DNA of 64,000 nucleotides from an uncultured Gemmatimonadales bacterium (GTDB lineage Bacteria > Gemmatimonadota > Gemmatimonadetes > Longimicrobiales > RSA9): contig OY970192.1 of assembly GCA_963708135.1 (NCBI GenBank), forward strand, positions 128,001 through 192,000, written 5' to 3'. The notes beneath the pieces are model-generated. The model saw nothing but the letters and a program-made list of their open reading frames with translations, made no database searches and was not told the DNA's origin. Below are positions 10,047 through 18,265 of the stretch, piece after piece; positions within the stretch are counted from its first letter, which is position 1; every line of letters begins with the position of its first letter. The translations under genes and the position numbers were made by a program.

Positions 10047-10315
10047 GGCTCCTCCTCGCCGCAGCGGACGTAGAACACGAAGCAGCCGCCCTCCTCGCCG
10101 GAATGAAGCAGCTCGTTGCCGGTGTCCTCCGCCCAGGCGGGGAAATCGGCCACCGAGCCGCGGTCGGTGGCGAGGATCTTCAGCACCTGTCCCGGGGCCA
10201 GGCCCTTGATGGCCTTCGAGGCCTTCACGATGGGCATCGGGCAGAGTAGCCCGCGGGCGTCCAGCACCTGGTCTTCGCGGAAATCGGCCACGATTCCCTC
10301 CTCGCTCGGGTCCAC
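10043..10315 (-). CDS. tusA: TusA/SirA-family sulfur carrier
   Basis: LDARGLLCPMP motif and ATDRGS..DFPAW. Start codon uncertain. Confidence 0.9.
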   Translation of the reverse strand: MDPSEEGIVADFREDQVLDARGLLCPMPIVKASKAIKGLAPGQVLKILATDRGSVADFPAWAEDTGNELLHSGEEGGCFVFYVRCGEEEP

Positions 10316-10361
10316 CGCCGGGCGCGGCCGGACGCCCGGCCGCGCGCGGCACCGGCCGTCT

Positions 10362-10967
10362 CTAGACGAACAGCGTCACGTGCGCGCGCCTTGCCTCCGA
10401 CAGGAAGGCGGCCGCGCCGGCGAACTCGACGCCGGGCAGGAAGTCGCGCTCCGTGAAGCCGAACACCTCCATGGTCATCTGGCAGGCGATGAGGCGGACC
10501 CCGGTTTCGCGCGCGGCGTCGAGCAGCTCGCGGATCGTGGCCACCCCCTTGCCCCTGAACATCGATTTCATCATGGACGTCGCCATGGTCTGCATCCCCG
10601 GCATGGCCGTGAGCAGGTCCGGCATCGGAACGGGCATCGGCATGGCGGGATTGCCCACCGGCGAGACCCGCAGCCGCTTCTCGAAGTCGCGGTGGATGAT
10701 GTTCAGCCCGTAGAAGGTGAAGAACACCGCCGTCTCCATCCCCGCCGCCGCGGCCGCCGTGGCCAGGATCAGCGGCGGGTAGGCGAAGTCGAGGGTGCCC
10801 TTCGAGGCGATGATGCAGGTCTTGCGGGCGGCCGGGTCCTTCCGAAACGCACGCGCCACCTCCTCGCGCACGATGCGCCGCACGTCCTCCTCGGTGAGCG
10901 CGGCCGCCTGGGTGGCGATGCCGCCTCCGGCGACGCCGCCGTTGCCCGGATCCTTGCGCTCAGGCAT
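10362..10967 (-). CDS. DsrE2-type (DsrE/DsrF/DrsH-like) sulfurtransferase
   Basis: IIASKGTLD, FFTFYGL, IACQMTMEVFG (conserved Cys) and C-terminal TLFV. Confidence 0.87.
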   Translation of the reverse strand: MPERKDPGNGGVAGGGIATQAAALTEEDVRRIVREEVARAFRKDPAARKTCIIASKGTLDFAYPPLILATAAAAAGMETAVFFTFYGLNIIHRDFEKRLRVSPVGNPAMPMPVPMPDLLTAMPGMQTMATSMMKSMFRGKGVATIRELLDAARETGVRLIACQMTMEVFGFTERDFLPGVEFAGAAAFLSEARRAHVTLFV

Positions 10968-11856
10968 GGCTCGGCTCCCTCCTCTCGTCCTCTCGTGCCC
11001 GGCGCGACGCCCGGCGCAGGCCGCCGAGCGCGCGTGTCGTCTGCATGGCGCGGTTGCGCCAGAACGCCGCGATCGGCCCCAGCGCCCGGGGCGCCGTCGT
11101 GTAGCGATCGGCCCGGCGGGCGGCCTCCTCCGCGAACCAGCGGAGCGTGGCCACCGCATCCTGCCGGAGCATGCTCTCGAGCGCGTAGCGCCGCTCGGCC
11201 ACCCGCAGCCCCAGCCCGAGAGCGCGGGCGCCCCGGGCCAGGTCGGCGCGGGCGAGCACCAGCCCGCTCCGCGCCGGCGCGAGCAGGGCGGCCGTCAGCT
11301 CGTGCAGCGAGCCGGCCAGGACGCCCGCGTCGAGCGGCGGCGTCTCGCGCAGGTGGATCGGCAGCGTCTCGGGCGGGCCGAGGCGCTCGGCCTCGGCGAC
11401 GAGGGCGTCCCGGAGCAGCGCGCCCCACGCCGCGTAGCACGGCGGGCCGAGCGCCTCCACGCGCTCCAGGTACGGGATCAGCCAGGAGGCGAGGTGCTCC
11501 CAGAGGAGCGCGTGGCGGGCGCGGCGCCGCAGCGCGCGGCGGGCGGCGTCGCCTTCCGCATTCTCCGCCTCGGCCAGCGCCGCGGCGAGCGAGAGCAGCG
11601 CGGCCAGGTGATCCGGCTCCGCGGGCGGCACGGCGCCGATGGCGCGCCAGAAGCCGGCCACGCGCCCGGCCGCCTCGCCGCCCATCATCCCCTCCGGCCC
11701 GAGGTAGATCGAGGCGTACGGCTGGAGCTGCAGCACGAACAGCGCGGTGTGCGCCTCCGCGTCAGGCAGCGGCGGCAGGCGCAGCAGCCGGGCCACGCGT
11801 CGGCGCTCCCGGTCGGGCGGCTCGGCCAGCGCGCCGAGGGCGCGGAGCAGCTCCAT
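10960..11856 (-). CDS. TorD/DmsD-family Mo-enzyme maturation chaperone
   Basis: PYASIY, EPDHLAALL and EHLASW motifs; lies directly downstream of the Mo subunit. Confidence 0.82.
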   Translation of the reverse strand: MELLRALGALAEPPDRERRRVARLLRLPPLPDAEAHTALFVLQLQPYASIYLGPEGMMGGEAAGRVAGFWRAIGAVPPAEPDHLAALLSLAAALAEAENAEGDAARRALRRRARHALLWEHLASWLIPYLERVEALGPPCYAAWGALLRDALVAEAERLGPPETLPIHLRETPPLDAGVLAGSLHELTAALLAPARSGLVLARADLARGARALGLGLRVAERRYALESMLRQDAVATLRWFAEEAARRADRYTTAPRALGPIAAFWRNRAMQTTRALGGLRRASRRAREDERREPSHA

Positions 11857-14798
11857 CAGCGCGGCTCCTTCCCGGCGCCGGCGAAGGCCACGGGCTCGGG
11901 CAGCCGGTACGCCTCGCGGGTCGGGCGGAGCGGGCGCATGAGCCACCAGGGCCGGCGCGAGCCGTCGGGCGAGACGGCGCCGGCGGGGCGCGCGTGGCCG
12001 AGCCAGCGGCGGTAGACGTCGTGGGCGCGGGCCGTGTCCACGGCGATGTCGCCTGCGGCATCGCCGGGTTCAGCCCTGCGCACGCGCACGGCCTGGTGCC
12101 AGCAGTGGGCGCCGGACACGGGGTCGGGCTGCACGGCAAAGGTCAGGTTCTGGTGGACCCCCACGTCCGTCCACCAGATGCGCAGCGTGTCCGGGTCGGC
12201 GGAGGCGAAGGGGCCGACGCCGGCGCGGCGGTGCAGCGCCCACGCGTCGCCGGTGTGCTCCAGGCCGACGGTGGCCATGCTCTGGCGCTGCCCGGGGCCA
12301 GCCAGCTTCCAGCGGCCCATGTGGTGGCTGCACGCGACGACGCCCGGCCGGATCCCCTCGGTGACCCAGACCTTCACGACGAAATGACCGATCTCCGTCT
12401 CGACCCGCGCGAGGTCCCCCGTACGGAGGCCGAGGCGCTCGGCGTCCCGGGTGTGCAGCCAGAGCGGGTTCGTGTGCGCGATCTCGTCCAGCCACTTGGC
12501 GTTTCCGCTGCGGGTGTGGATCTGGACGGGGACGCGGAACGTGGAGATCAGCGGCATCTGGTCCGGCTCGAGCGCGTCGGGATGAATATGGCTTCGAATG
12601 TAGGTGGGGAGCGCGTACTCCGGCCAGCCCCACGCCACGAGCGTCGGGGAGTAGAACTCGAGGCGGCCGCTCGGGGTGGGGAAGCCGCGCAGCAGCCGGC
12701 CATCGACCTCGACGCCGACGGGGCGGCGGCCTTCCGCGTCCGGCTCCGGCGCGGGCTGTGGCACGATGTTGGGCGAGTCCGGCTTCGGCGCCCGGGTGTA
12801 GGCGCGGCCGTGGCGGCCGACGTGCACGTCGTCGCGCTCCGATGCCGGCACCTCCTGCTCGTGGAGCGGCCCGACCCCCTTCGTCACCTCGAAGGCGCCG
12901 TAGCGGCGCATGTACTCGAGCGGGGTGAGGCCCTCGGCGGCGGCCTTCTCGGGAAGGCCCGGGACGGAGTTCTCGAACATCCAGCCGTAGTACTCGTCGA
13001 CGGTCAGCTTCTCGCCGGGACGGGCGCGGGACTCAAACCAGCGGCGGATGCCGAGGGAGCCGTCGGGGTCGATGCGCCAGGAGAGCTCGATCCAGAACTC
13101 GTTCTCCTCCCATACCTCGCCCGGGTTCACGTCCCGCGTGTCGGCGATGCGCTCGCCGGCGCGCTCCCGCGCCGCGCGCAGCACCGGCTGGCGGAATCCG
13201 ATCCACTGCCCGTCGTACTGCTCGTAGGAGTGGACGTCGTGGCGCTCGGAGCCGAGGCCCATGGGCAGGATGAGGTCGGCGAAGTAGGCGGTCTCGTTCC
13301 ACGTGGGGGTGAGCGCCACGTGCAGCCCGATCTTCGAGGTGTCCGTCAGCATCTCGACCCAGGAGAAGCCGTCCGGGTTCGTCCAGACCGGGTTGTAGAC
13401 GCGCGTGATGTAGACGTCGAGCCGGCCGCGGCCATCCTTCACGAGGTGCGGCAGCAGGAAGGACATCTCGAACATGCCGAGCGGGTACTCCGCGGGCCAG
13501 GAGAGGTCGTTCCAGACGTCGGGGTGCGGCGGCAGATGGATCGGCCGCGGCACGAACTTGTTCCAGCCGTTGGGATAGGTCGATCCGGGCACGGCCACGG
13601 CGCCCATGAGCGCGCTCAGCATGAAGAGCGCGCGCGAGACCTGCCAGCCGCCGAGGTTGCCGGCCGCGGCGCTCCTCCAGTTGTGAGTGGCCAGGCGGGT
13701 CCCGGCCGAGGCGACGAGGTCGGCGACCTGCTCGAGCACCGCGGCGTCCACGCCGCTCTCGCGCGCGGCGAAGTCGAAGGTGTAGTCCTGGTAGATCTCG
13801 GCCAGCACGGTCTCGAAACGGTGGAACGAGGCCTCGAGCCCCGGCTGCTCGTGCTCGAGGTACTCGGCCCAGTTCCACCAGCGGCGCACGAACTCGCGGT
13901 CGTAGCGGCGGCCGACGATCAGGTGGCGCGCGATGGCCAGGAAAATGGCGGCCTCGGAGCCGGGATACGGCGCCAGCCAGTGGTCGGCGTGGGTGGCGGT
14001 GTTGGAGAGGCGGGTATCGAGGACGACGAGCCTGGCGCCCTTCTCCCTCGCCTCGATGATCCGCTGCGCGTGGGGGTTGAAGTAGTGGCCGGCCTCGAGA
14101 TGGCTGCTCACGAGCAGGATCACGCGGGCCTCCGCGTGGTCCGGGCTGGGCCGGTCGAGGCCCATCCAGTAGTGGTAGCCGGCGCGCGCGCCAGCGGAGC
14201 AGACGTTGGTGTGCGAGTTGTGGGCGTCGAGCCCCCAGGCGGCCAGGACGCGCTCGGTGAAGCCGTCCTCGCCCGGCCGGCCCACATGGTACATCACCTC
14301 GCCCTGGCGCTCCTCGAGGATGGCGGCGCGGATCCGGCCGGCGAGCGTGTCGAGCGCCTCGTCCCAGGTCGTGCGTACCCAGCGTCCCTCGCCGCGTGCG
14401 CCGGCGCGCTTGAGCGGGAAGAGGATGCGGTCCGGATCGGTGACCTGGTTCAACGTGGCCGGCCCCTTGGCGCAGTTGCGGCCGCGCGAGCCCGGGTGCT
14501 CCGGGTTCCCCTCGAAGCGGCGTACCTGGAGCGTCTCGCGGTCGACGTAGGCCAGGAGCCCGCACGCGGACTCGCAGTTGAAGCAGGTGGTCGGCACGAG
14601 GGCGTAGCGCCGCTCGACGCGGCGCGGCCAGGCCCTGGAATCGAGCTCGACCCAGTCGTCCCAGCGCTCCTTCGGCGGGAACGCCGCCAGGTGGACACGG
14701 CTGGGCCCGGGATAGAACGTCTCCCCGCGCGCCTCGACCTCCGCGCGCGCCGCGGAGACCCGCTCGTTCAGTCGGTCGAGATCGGCTGGCCTGGTCAT
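11856..14798 (-). CDS. DMSO-reductase-family molybdopterin oxidoreductase catalytic subunit (no Tat signal)
   Basis: CFNCESAC...NCAKG [4Fe-4S] motif; HTNVC putative Cys Mo ligand; ETAYFADLILP; C-terminal HTRSGN...NPLW MGD-binding domain. Confidence 0.9.
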   Translation of the reverse strand: MTRPADLDRLNERVSAARAEVEARGETFYPGPSRVHLAAFPPKERWDDWVELDSRAWPRRVERRYALVPTTCFNCESACGLLAYVDRETLQVRRFEGNPEHPGSRGRNCAKGPATLNQVTDPDRILFPLKRAGARGEGRWVRTTWDEALDTLAGRIRAAILEERQGEVMYHVGRPGEDGFTERVLAAWGLDAHNSHTNVCSAGARAGYHYWMGLDRPSPDHAEARVILLVSSHLEAGHYFNPHAQRIIEAREKGARLVVLDTRLSNTATHADHWLAPYPGSEAAIFLAIARHLIVGRRYDREFVRRWWNWAEYLEHEQPGLEASFHRFETVLAEIYQDYTFDFAARESGVDAAVLEQVADLVASAGTRLATHNWRSAAAGNLGGWQVSRALFMLSALMGAVAVPGSTYPNGWNKFVPRPIHLPPHPDVWNDLSWPAEYPLGMFEMSFLLPHLVKDGRGRLDVYITRVYNPVWTNPDGFSWVEMLTDTSKIGLHVALTPTWNETAYFADLILPMGLGSERHDVHSYEQYDGQWIGFRQPVLRAARERAGERIADTRDVNPGEVWEENEFWIELSWRIDPDGSLGIRRWFESRARPGEKLTVDEYYGWMFENSVPGLPEKAAAEGLTPLEYMRRYGAFEVTKGVGPLHEQEVPASERDDVHVGRHGRAYTRAPKPDSPNIVPQPAPEPDAEGRRPVGVEVDGRLLRGFPTPSGRLEFYSPTLVAWGWPEYALPTYIRSHIHPDALEPDQMPLISTFRVPVQIHTRSGNAKWLDEIAHTNPLWLHTRDAERLGLRTGDLARVETEIGHFVVKVWVTEGIRPGVVACSHHMGRWKLAGPGQRQSMATVGLEHTGDAWALHRRAGVGPFASADPDTLRIWWTDVGVHQNLTFAVQPDPVSGAHCWHQAVRVRRAEPGDAAGDIAVDTARAHDVYRRWLGHARPAGAVSPDGSRRPWWLMRPLRPTREAYRLPEPVAFAGAGKEPR

Positions 14799-14877
14799 CG
14801 CTTCCTTCTCCCGGCGCGGCCGGTCCGGCCGGCGCGGTGGGTCATGGCGTGCGTCATCGATCCCTCTCCCGGCCCGG

Positions 14878-16401
14878 TCACGCCAGCGGCACGGCCTGGC
14901 CCGCCTGCACGTAGGCGTGCTCGTAGGCCAGCACGCCGGCGAGGGCGGCGGCGGCGGTCCACGCGCCGAGCCACGGCGCGCCGATGGCGACGAGCGAGAG
15001 CACGAGCCCCGCGCGGTACCAGAGCGCGTACCGTCCGCTGGTGAGCTCGTGCGCCGCGAGGGCCGCGTGGGCGCTCGCGTGCGGCAGGGCGTGCTCCGCG
15101 AGCAGGAGGAGCAGGTGCGCGAGCGCGCCGCCGCCCACGACGCGCAGGAGCGCCGGCGTCGCGGCCGGTTCGAGCGCGAGCGCCACGGGCACCAGCGCCG
15201 CGGCGCCGAGCAGCACGGCCTGCGCCAGCAGGTGCACGGGAGCGAGCGGGCTCTGCCAGAGGTCGCGGCCCCGCGCCTGCGCGAACAGGAACGCGGTATA
15301 GGCGGCGGTGGCGGCCGCGAGCGGACCGCCGAGCGCCGCGAGCGGCCCTGCCCATCCGGGCGCCCCCGCCAGGGCCGCGACGAAGTGGGCGAGCAGCACG
15401 AGCGCGTAGGCGCCGATGATGAAGCCGCCGCGCACCAGCCAGCTGCGCCACTGCGGGCGGGTGAACAGGTAGTGGAACCGCTCCGGGTGCTCGAGGTCCA
15501 AGATGAGGATCGCGCCCGTGGCGGCCAGGAAGGCGCCGGCCAGCACGGGAGCGGCCCACAGCCAGAGCGGATCGCGGCCGCCGAGGGCGCCCGCCAGCAC
15601 GAGCAGCAGGGGCACGAGGTAGGCGCCCGCGGCGATCCCCTTGGTCCACGTGTAGAGGCCGACGCGCCAGTCCCAGGGCGCGCGGTGGGCCACGTCGTAG
15701 CTGAGCAGCGCCGCCGCCGAGCTGTTCGGCCGGCCCGGATGGCCGGCGGGCACCACGTGCGCGCCGGCCGGCTGCTCGGCCCACATGTACAGCCCGCCGT
15801 CGGGGCGGCGCGCCGCGAGCGGGTCGAGCGTGGCCTGGTGGGCGCCGCGGTAGAACAGCTTCGGGCGCGTCCCTTTCTCCGGGCGCCTGACCTGGACGGC
15901 ATCGCGCTGCACGATGGCCGCCACCTTCGAGCGCGGATCGTCCAGGTCCCCGACCAGGATGGCCTCCGCCGGGCACACCACGACGCAGGCCGGCTCGAGC
16001 CCCACCTCCAGCCGGTGCGCGCACAGGTTGCATTTCTCGGCCGCGTGGTCGTCGGGGTTGATGAAGATCGCGTCGTAGGGGCAGGCTGCGATGCACGCCT
16101 TGCAGCCGATGCAGATGGACTTGTCGAAGTCCACGATGCCGTCGGGCCGCTGGTGCATGGCGGCCGTCGGGCAGGCGGCCACGCACGGCGCGTCCTCGCA
16201 CTGGTTGCAGCGCGTGACCTGGAAGGCGCGGCGCGCCTCCGGGAAGACGCCCACGTCCACGTACTTCACGTACGTGCGGGTCACCGACAGCGGAACGCGG
16301 TTCTCGGACCTGCACGCCGTCGTGCACGCGTGGCAGCCGATGCAGCGGGTCTGGTCGATAACCTTCCCCCAGCGGACCGTCGGCGCGGCCGCGGCTTCCA
16401 T
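14878..16401 (-). CDS. 4x[4Fe-4S] ferredoxin fused to an NrfD/PsrC-type membrane anchor
   Basis: CIGCHACTTAC, CNQCEDAPCVAAC, CIGCKACIAAC and CNLC...PACVVVC motifs, then the NrfD motif DLEHPERF...SWLVRG and about 8 TM helices. Confidence 0.9.
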   Translation of the reverse strand: MEAAAAPTVRWGKVIDQTRCIGCHACTTACRSENRVPLSVTRTYVKYVDVGVFPEARRAFQVTRCNQCEDAPCVAACPTAAMHQRPDGIVDFDKSICIGCKACIAACPYDAIFINPDDHAAEKCNLCAHRLEVGLEPACVVVCPAEAILVGDLDDPRSKVAAIVQRDAVQVRRPEKGTRPKLFYRGAHQATLDPLAARRPDGGLYMWAEQPAGAHVVPAGHPGRPNSSAAALLSYDVAHRAPWDWRVGLYTWTKGIAAGAYLVPLLLVLAGALGGRDPLWLWAAPVLAGAFLAATGAILILDLEHPERFHYLFTRPQWRSWLVRGGFIIGAYALVLLAHFVAALAGAPGWAGPLAALGGPLAAATAAYTAFLFAQARGRDLWQSPLAPVHLLAQAVLLGAAALVPVALALEPAATPALLRVVGGGALAHLLLLLAEHALPHASAHAALAAHELTSGRYALWYRAGLVLSLVAIGAPWLGAWTAAAALAGVLAYEHAYVQAGQAVPLA

Positions 16402-16719
16402 TCCCGACTCCTCTCCTGGGGGGCGTCTCACGGGTGTGGGGATGCGACACCGCCGCCGCGTCTTCGGAGGCGGGGAAGTCGGCGTCCGGGCCGGAATGGT
16501 CACGGTCGCGCGCTCGTTTGTCAAACCCGGGGCGGCGACCTCCGGCAGCGGGCCGGCGCGGCGGCCGCTGGCATGGCCCCTGCACCCTGCCATCGTTCGC
16601 TCGCCCAACGCTTTCCAGGAGGCTCTCACGATGCGCACGATGCCGCCGGACCCAGCCGGGCGGGAGGGCGCGCCCCCGCTCCGCCGCCGGCCCGGCCGGG
16701 GCGGGGAAGGCGTGGCGTG

Positions 16720-17415
16720 ATGCCGCCGCTGTTCCGCGACCGGACGGACGCCGGCCGCCGCCTGGCCGCCGCGCTGTCGGAGTATGCCCGGCGGCCGGAC
16801 GTGATCGTGCTCGGGCTGCCCCGCGGCGGCGTGCCGGTGGCGTACGAGGTCGCGCGCGAGCTGGGCGCGCCGATGGACGTCTTTCTCGTGCGCAAGCTCG
16901 GCACGCCCGGTCACGAGGAGCTGGCGCTCGGCGCCATCGCATCGGGCGGCGTGCGGGTGCTGAACCGCCGGGTCATCGACATGCTGGCCATCCCGGAGCG
17001 CACCGTCGCGGCCGTGGCGGCGCAGGAGCAGCAGGAGCTGGAGCGGCGCGAGCGGGAGTACCGGGACGGGCGGCCGGTGCCGGACCTGGTCGGGCGCACG
17101 GCGATCCTGGTGGATGATGGCCTTGCCACCGGCTCGACCATGCGGGCGGCGGCCGCGGCCGTGCGGGCGCAGGGTCCGGCCCGGACGGTCGTGGCGGTGC
17201 CGGTGGCGGCGCCCGAGACGTGCGAAGCGCTGCGCGGCGAGGTCGACGAGGTGATCTGCGCGGCGACGCCCGAGCCGTTCCGGGCCGTCGGCTTCTGGTA
17301 CGAGCAGTTCGAGCAGACGAGTGACGCGGAGGTCAGGGAGCTGCTCGAGCGGGCCCGGCGCGAGAGGTCGGCGGACGACGCGCGGTCCCCGGGCGCGTCG
17401 GGGCCGCCAGGCTAG
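16720..17415 (+). CDS. Phosphoribosyltransferase-domain protein
   Basis: FRDRTDAGRRLA, LPRGGVPV and VDDGLATGSTM (PRPP-binding) motifs. Confidence 0.88.
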   Translation: MPPLFRDRTDAGRRLAAALSEYARRPDVIVLGLPRGGVPVAYEVARELGAPMDVFLVRKLGTPGHEELALGAIASGGVRVLNRRVIDMLAIPERTVAAVAAQEQQELERREREYRDGRPVPDLVGRTAILVDDGLATGSTMRAAAAAVRAQGPARTVVAVPVAAPETCEALRGEVDEVICAATPEPFRAVGFWYEQFEQTSDAEVRELLERARRERSADDARSPGASGPPG

Positions 17416-17674
17416 TCGAGCGGACCGCTCCCGGGTCCGGTGAGCACCGGGTGCCGTCCGACCTCGACCGGGCGTGCCTCCCGATTCCCGGCGTGGCTCT
17501 CTCTCGCGCAGGCGCGGAGGTTTCGCGGAGGCGCCAAGGCGCCGGTGCGAGAGAAGAGGTACGCCGGCGAGTCCGGGCCCGCCGGGCCCGCGCCCGGCCC
17601 AACAGCCCGGATCGGCCGCATTCTGGCCTGCTTCTTGATCCTCCGCGCCCCCGGAGAGGAGGGTTGCCGCACGG

Positions 17675-18118
17675 ATGCAGGAGTTTTTCCGCAGGTTCGC
17701 GCAGCGCACCTCACGGCTGGTGGGCACGCCGTGGGCGTTTCTCATCGCGCTGGCCGCGATCGTGGCGTGGGCGATCACCGGCCCGCTGTTCCACTACAGC
17801 GACACCTGGCAGCTCATCATCAACACCGCCACGACGGTGGTCACGTTCCTGATGGTGTTCCTCATCCAGAACACGCAGAACCGGGACGCGCGCGCGGTGC
17901 ACCTCAAGCTGGACGAGCTGGTGCGCGCGGTGCACGAGGCGCGCACGGGCATGATCGATGTCGAGAACCTGTCGGACGAGGCACTGGAGCGGCTGCACGA
18001 GGAGTTCCAGGAGCTGCGCCGCCACAAGGAGCTCGAGTCGCGGCTGGCGGTGAGCGGCAGCGACCGGCGGGCCGGCGGGCGGCGCGTGGAGGACCGGGTC
18101 CGCGCCGACGACGAGTGA
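17675..18118 (+). CDS. Low-affinity iron permease (Fet4-like) family protein
   Basis: YSDTWQLIINTATTVVTFLMVFLIQNTQNRD..A.HLKLDEL signature. Confidence 0.88.
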   Translation: MQEFFRRFAQRTSRLVGTPWAFLIALAAIVAWAITGPLFHYSDTWQLIINTATTVVTFLMVFLIQNTQNRDARAVHLKLDELVRAVHEARTGMIDVENLSDEALERLHEEFQELRRHKELESRLAVSGSDRRAGGRRVEDRVRADDE

Positions 18119-18265
18119 CGGCGCGGGCGCTGGCGGCCCCGGGCGCACCCGGCGCCGGGCGGGACGCGGCGTCGCATCCCGGGGACGAGGTGGCGGGGAA
18201 GCGCCGACGCGCCTAACGTACGGCGTCCGCGCGGGGGTTGGCAGATCACGAGTGGGGGGCGGAAT

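Noticed and set aside
10116..15044. 1642-aa plus-strand ORF and other long overlapping ORFs (e.g. 26395-29328, 40233-42767)
   Set aside because: Antisense or alternate-frame shadows of well-supported genes in high-GC DNA; Arg/Pro/Ala-rich with no recognisable motifs.
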